Shown: piece by piece, positions 59,926-60,093 of the stretch
Layout: each line of letters starts with the position of its first letter
Position numbering within the stretch: the first letter of the stretch is position 1
Assembly: GCA_039931435.1 (NCBI GenBank)
Contig: JBDTRY010000003.1
Coordinates: 1 to 60,093 of the forward strand
DNA length: 60,093 nucleotides
Source of the DNA: Acidobacteriota bacterium
GTDB lineage: Bacteria; Acidobacteriota; Thermoanaerobaculia; Gp7-AA8
Direction: 5' to 3'
Notes under the pieces: model-generated
What the model saw: the letters and a program-made list of their open reading frames with translations, nothing else
Told to the model about the DNA's origin: nothing
Databases searched by the model: none
Made by a program: the position numbers and the translations under genes

Positions 59926-60093
59926 ACCGGCCATAGAGTTTTCTTACCTCTGGTTCAGCACCCGCGCTGTGCCCTCGCTTGTAAGGAAACTCCCATGGCG
60001 TCCTGTGAGGTCGGCTCTGGAGATTCAAAAAGCGATGCTTTGCAAACGCGTCACCCCGAGCGGGAGCGAGGGGCCCCAGAGGGGTGGGTGGTA

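Overview
GC-rich bacterial window; gene content (Oar-type TonB receptor, sulfatase-TPR, IPTL-CTERM protein) resembles Acidobacteriota, possibly Thermoanaerobaculia (inference). The main feature is a ~17 kb electron-transfer island at 4.2-21.4 kb. It holds an mtrC-mtrA-mtrB-like porin-cytochrome operon (two decahemes plus a beta-barrel), a divergent CcmI-domain gene and ImcH-like 7-heme membrane cytochrome, two paralogous monoheme cytochromes, and a rhodanese that appears to read through UGA as a CxU selenoprotein with a SECIS-like hairpin. It also holds an A-family heme-copper oxidase operon lacking the K-channel lysine, transcribed divergently from a cupredoxin-like / Cyc2-like cytochrome-porin / diheme cytochrome operon. 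A P1B-5-type ATPase follows. 24-29.5 kb is decaying mobile DNA: attC-flanked cassettes with no integrase, a MITE, IS3 and group II intron remnants, and GGDEF/EAL genes. The rest includes an ice-binding surface protein, a TA pair, an XylR-type sigma54 activator with two near-identical convergent target promoters, folE, a TonB receptor, a sulfatase, a two-component pair and two PilZ proteins. Many pseudogenes carry single-base indels, which may be real decay or assembly error. All family calls come from motif recognition by eye; no searches were run.
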